From Ramlibacter sp. (GTDB lineage Bacteria > Pseudomonadota > Gammaproteobacteria > Burkholderiales > Burkholderiaceae_C): DNA of 53,400 nucleotides. The stretch covers positions 1 through 53,400 of the forward strand of contig JBKJTX010000190.1 of assembly GCA_046590315.1 (NCBI GenBank), in the 5' to 3' direction. The notes beneath the pieces were generated by a model. The model saw only the letters and a program-made list of their open reading frames with translations, was not told the DNA's origin and did no database searches. A program made the position numbers and the translations under genes. Positions 52,388 through 53,400 of this stretch are shown here, piece after piece. Positions within the stretch are counted from its first letter, which is position 1; each line of letters opens with the position of its first letter.

Positions 52388-53400
52388 CGGGCACTGCCTT
52401 TCCAGTTGCGCAGCATGAGGGCGTTGGTAACGACGCTCACGCTGCTGAGGGCCATGGCCGCGCCGGCGATGACCGGGCTCAACATGCCGAATGCGGCCAG
52501 GGGGATGCCAACGAGGTTGTAGACGAATGCCCAGAACAGGTTCTGGCGGATCTTCGCGTAGGTGCGGCGCGAGATATCGATCGCGTCGGCCACCAGCGCC
52601 GGGTCGCCGCGCATCAGCGTGATGCCGGCCGCATGCATGGCAACGTCGGTGCCGGTGGACATTGCAATGCCCACGTCCGCCGCGGCGAGCGCGGGCGCAT
52701 CGTTGATGCCGTCGCCGACCATCGCCACCCGACCACCGGAACCTTTCAGCTGCGCGATGAGCTGGGCCTTGTCCTCGGGCAGTACGCCCGCGTGGACTTC
52801 ATCGATGCCCAGTTGGGTCGCCACCGCCGCGGCGCTGCCCGCGTTGTCGCCAGTCACGAGGATAGAGCGCACCCCCTGACGGCGCAGTGCCTCGATGGCG
52901 GGACCGGCACTGGGTTTGACGGTGTCGCCGAAAGCGAGCAGGCCCAGCAGCCGAGGCTGGGCGGTGACGTCGGCGACCCACGAGACCGTGCGTCCTTGGC
53001 TTTCGAGGTCTGACGCGCGGTCGCGAAATGCGGCGAGATCGACGTTCAGTTCCGTCATAAGGCGCGTACTGCCGAGGCGCAGTTCGCGCCCGCTCACTTG
53101 TGCCGCCACACCGCGGCCCGCAAGCGACTGCACGTTGCGGGCCCGCTCTACCTTGACGCTCGCACGTTCGGCCTCGCTGCGCAGCGCGCGAGCCAACGGA
53201 TGTTCGCTGCCCGCCTGGATCGCGGCACTCACCGCGAGGAGCGATTCGCGCGTTCCATCAGCGGGCAGGGCGGCGACAAGTTGCGGCCGGCCCTCCGTCA
53301 GCGTGCCCGTCTTGTCGAACGCCACCTGCTTGACGTTGTGAGCGACCTCTAGCGCCTCTGCATCCTTGATCAGAATGCCGTGTCGCGCTGCCACGCCGGT
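52384..53400 (-). CDS. copA: Heavy-metal (copper) P1B-type ATPase, C-terminal part (5' end outside window)
   Basis: FDKTGTLT, SEHPLA, TGDN, MVGDGINDAPAL, QNLFWAFVYN, MALSSVSV (YN and MxxSS Cu+ motifs). Confidence 0.92.
   Translation of the reverse strand, partial: TGVAARHGILIKDAEALEVAHNVKQVAFDKTGTLTEGRPQLVAALPADGTRESLLAVSAAIQAGSEHPLARALRSEAERASVKVERARNVQSLAGRGVAAQVSGRELRLGSTRLMTELNVDLAAFRDRASDLESQGRTVSWVADVTAQPRLLGLLAFGDTVKPSAGPAIEALRRQGVRSILVTGDNAGSAAAVATQLGIDEVHAGVLPEDKAQLIAQLKGSGGRVAMVGDGINDAPALAAADVGIAMSTGTDVAMHAAGITLMRGDPALVADAIDISRRTYAKIRQNLFWAFVYNLVGIPLAAFGMLSPVIAGAAMALSSVSVVTNALMLRNWKGSAR

Noticed and set aside
1-53400. Search for tRNA, rRNA, CRISPR array, integrase, transposase or att repeats
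   Set aside because: None recognised by eye; tRNAscan-SE, Infernal and ISEScan would be needed to exclude degenerate elements.

Overview
High-GC bacterial DNA. Gene content suggests a Burkholderiales/Comamonadaceae-like betaproteobacterium, which is an inference. There are three zones. (1) 1-14.3 kb is a mostly minus-strand surface/exopolysaccharide locus with a candidate sigma54 promoter. It encodes a priming phosphoglycosyltransferase, NAD-dependent epimerase, radical SAM/SPASM-Twitch enzyme, EpsG-like protein with MshEN-like repeats and a degenerate kinase fold, two GT4s, an inverted clan GH-A hydrolase, Wzx flippase and Wzz/GumC co-polymerase. It also encodes a >1240-aa Asp-box (BNR) repeat lipoprotein that is absent from the ORF track and runs off the left edge. 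(2) ~14.9-39 kb is an accessory mosaic: a PAS-only protein, RES-Xre toxin-antitoxin pair, TetR + sugar-type ABC importer + monoacylglycerol-lipase-like esterase, a light-sensing cluster (hybrid kinase, bacteriophytochrome, heme oxygenase, Cph1-type kinase, Rcp1-type regulator), LysR + hydrolase lipoprotein, a Tat-exported GH5 and an ATP-grasp enzyme. (3) 39-53.4 kb holds a stress module (kbp, a KGG protein with a strong sigma54 promoter, an NtrC-type activator), a two-component pair and housekeeping genes (trpS, M50 protease, yciO, EamA, PHP phosphatase, pcp, ypfJ, DEAD-box helicase, cueR, partial copA). I saw no tRNA, rRNA, CRISPR array, integrase or transposase. All family calls come from motif recognition by eye, not database searches.
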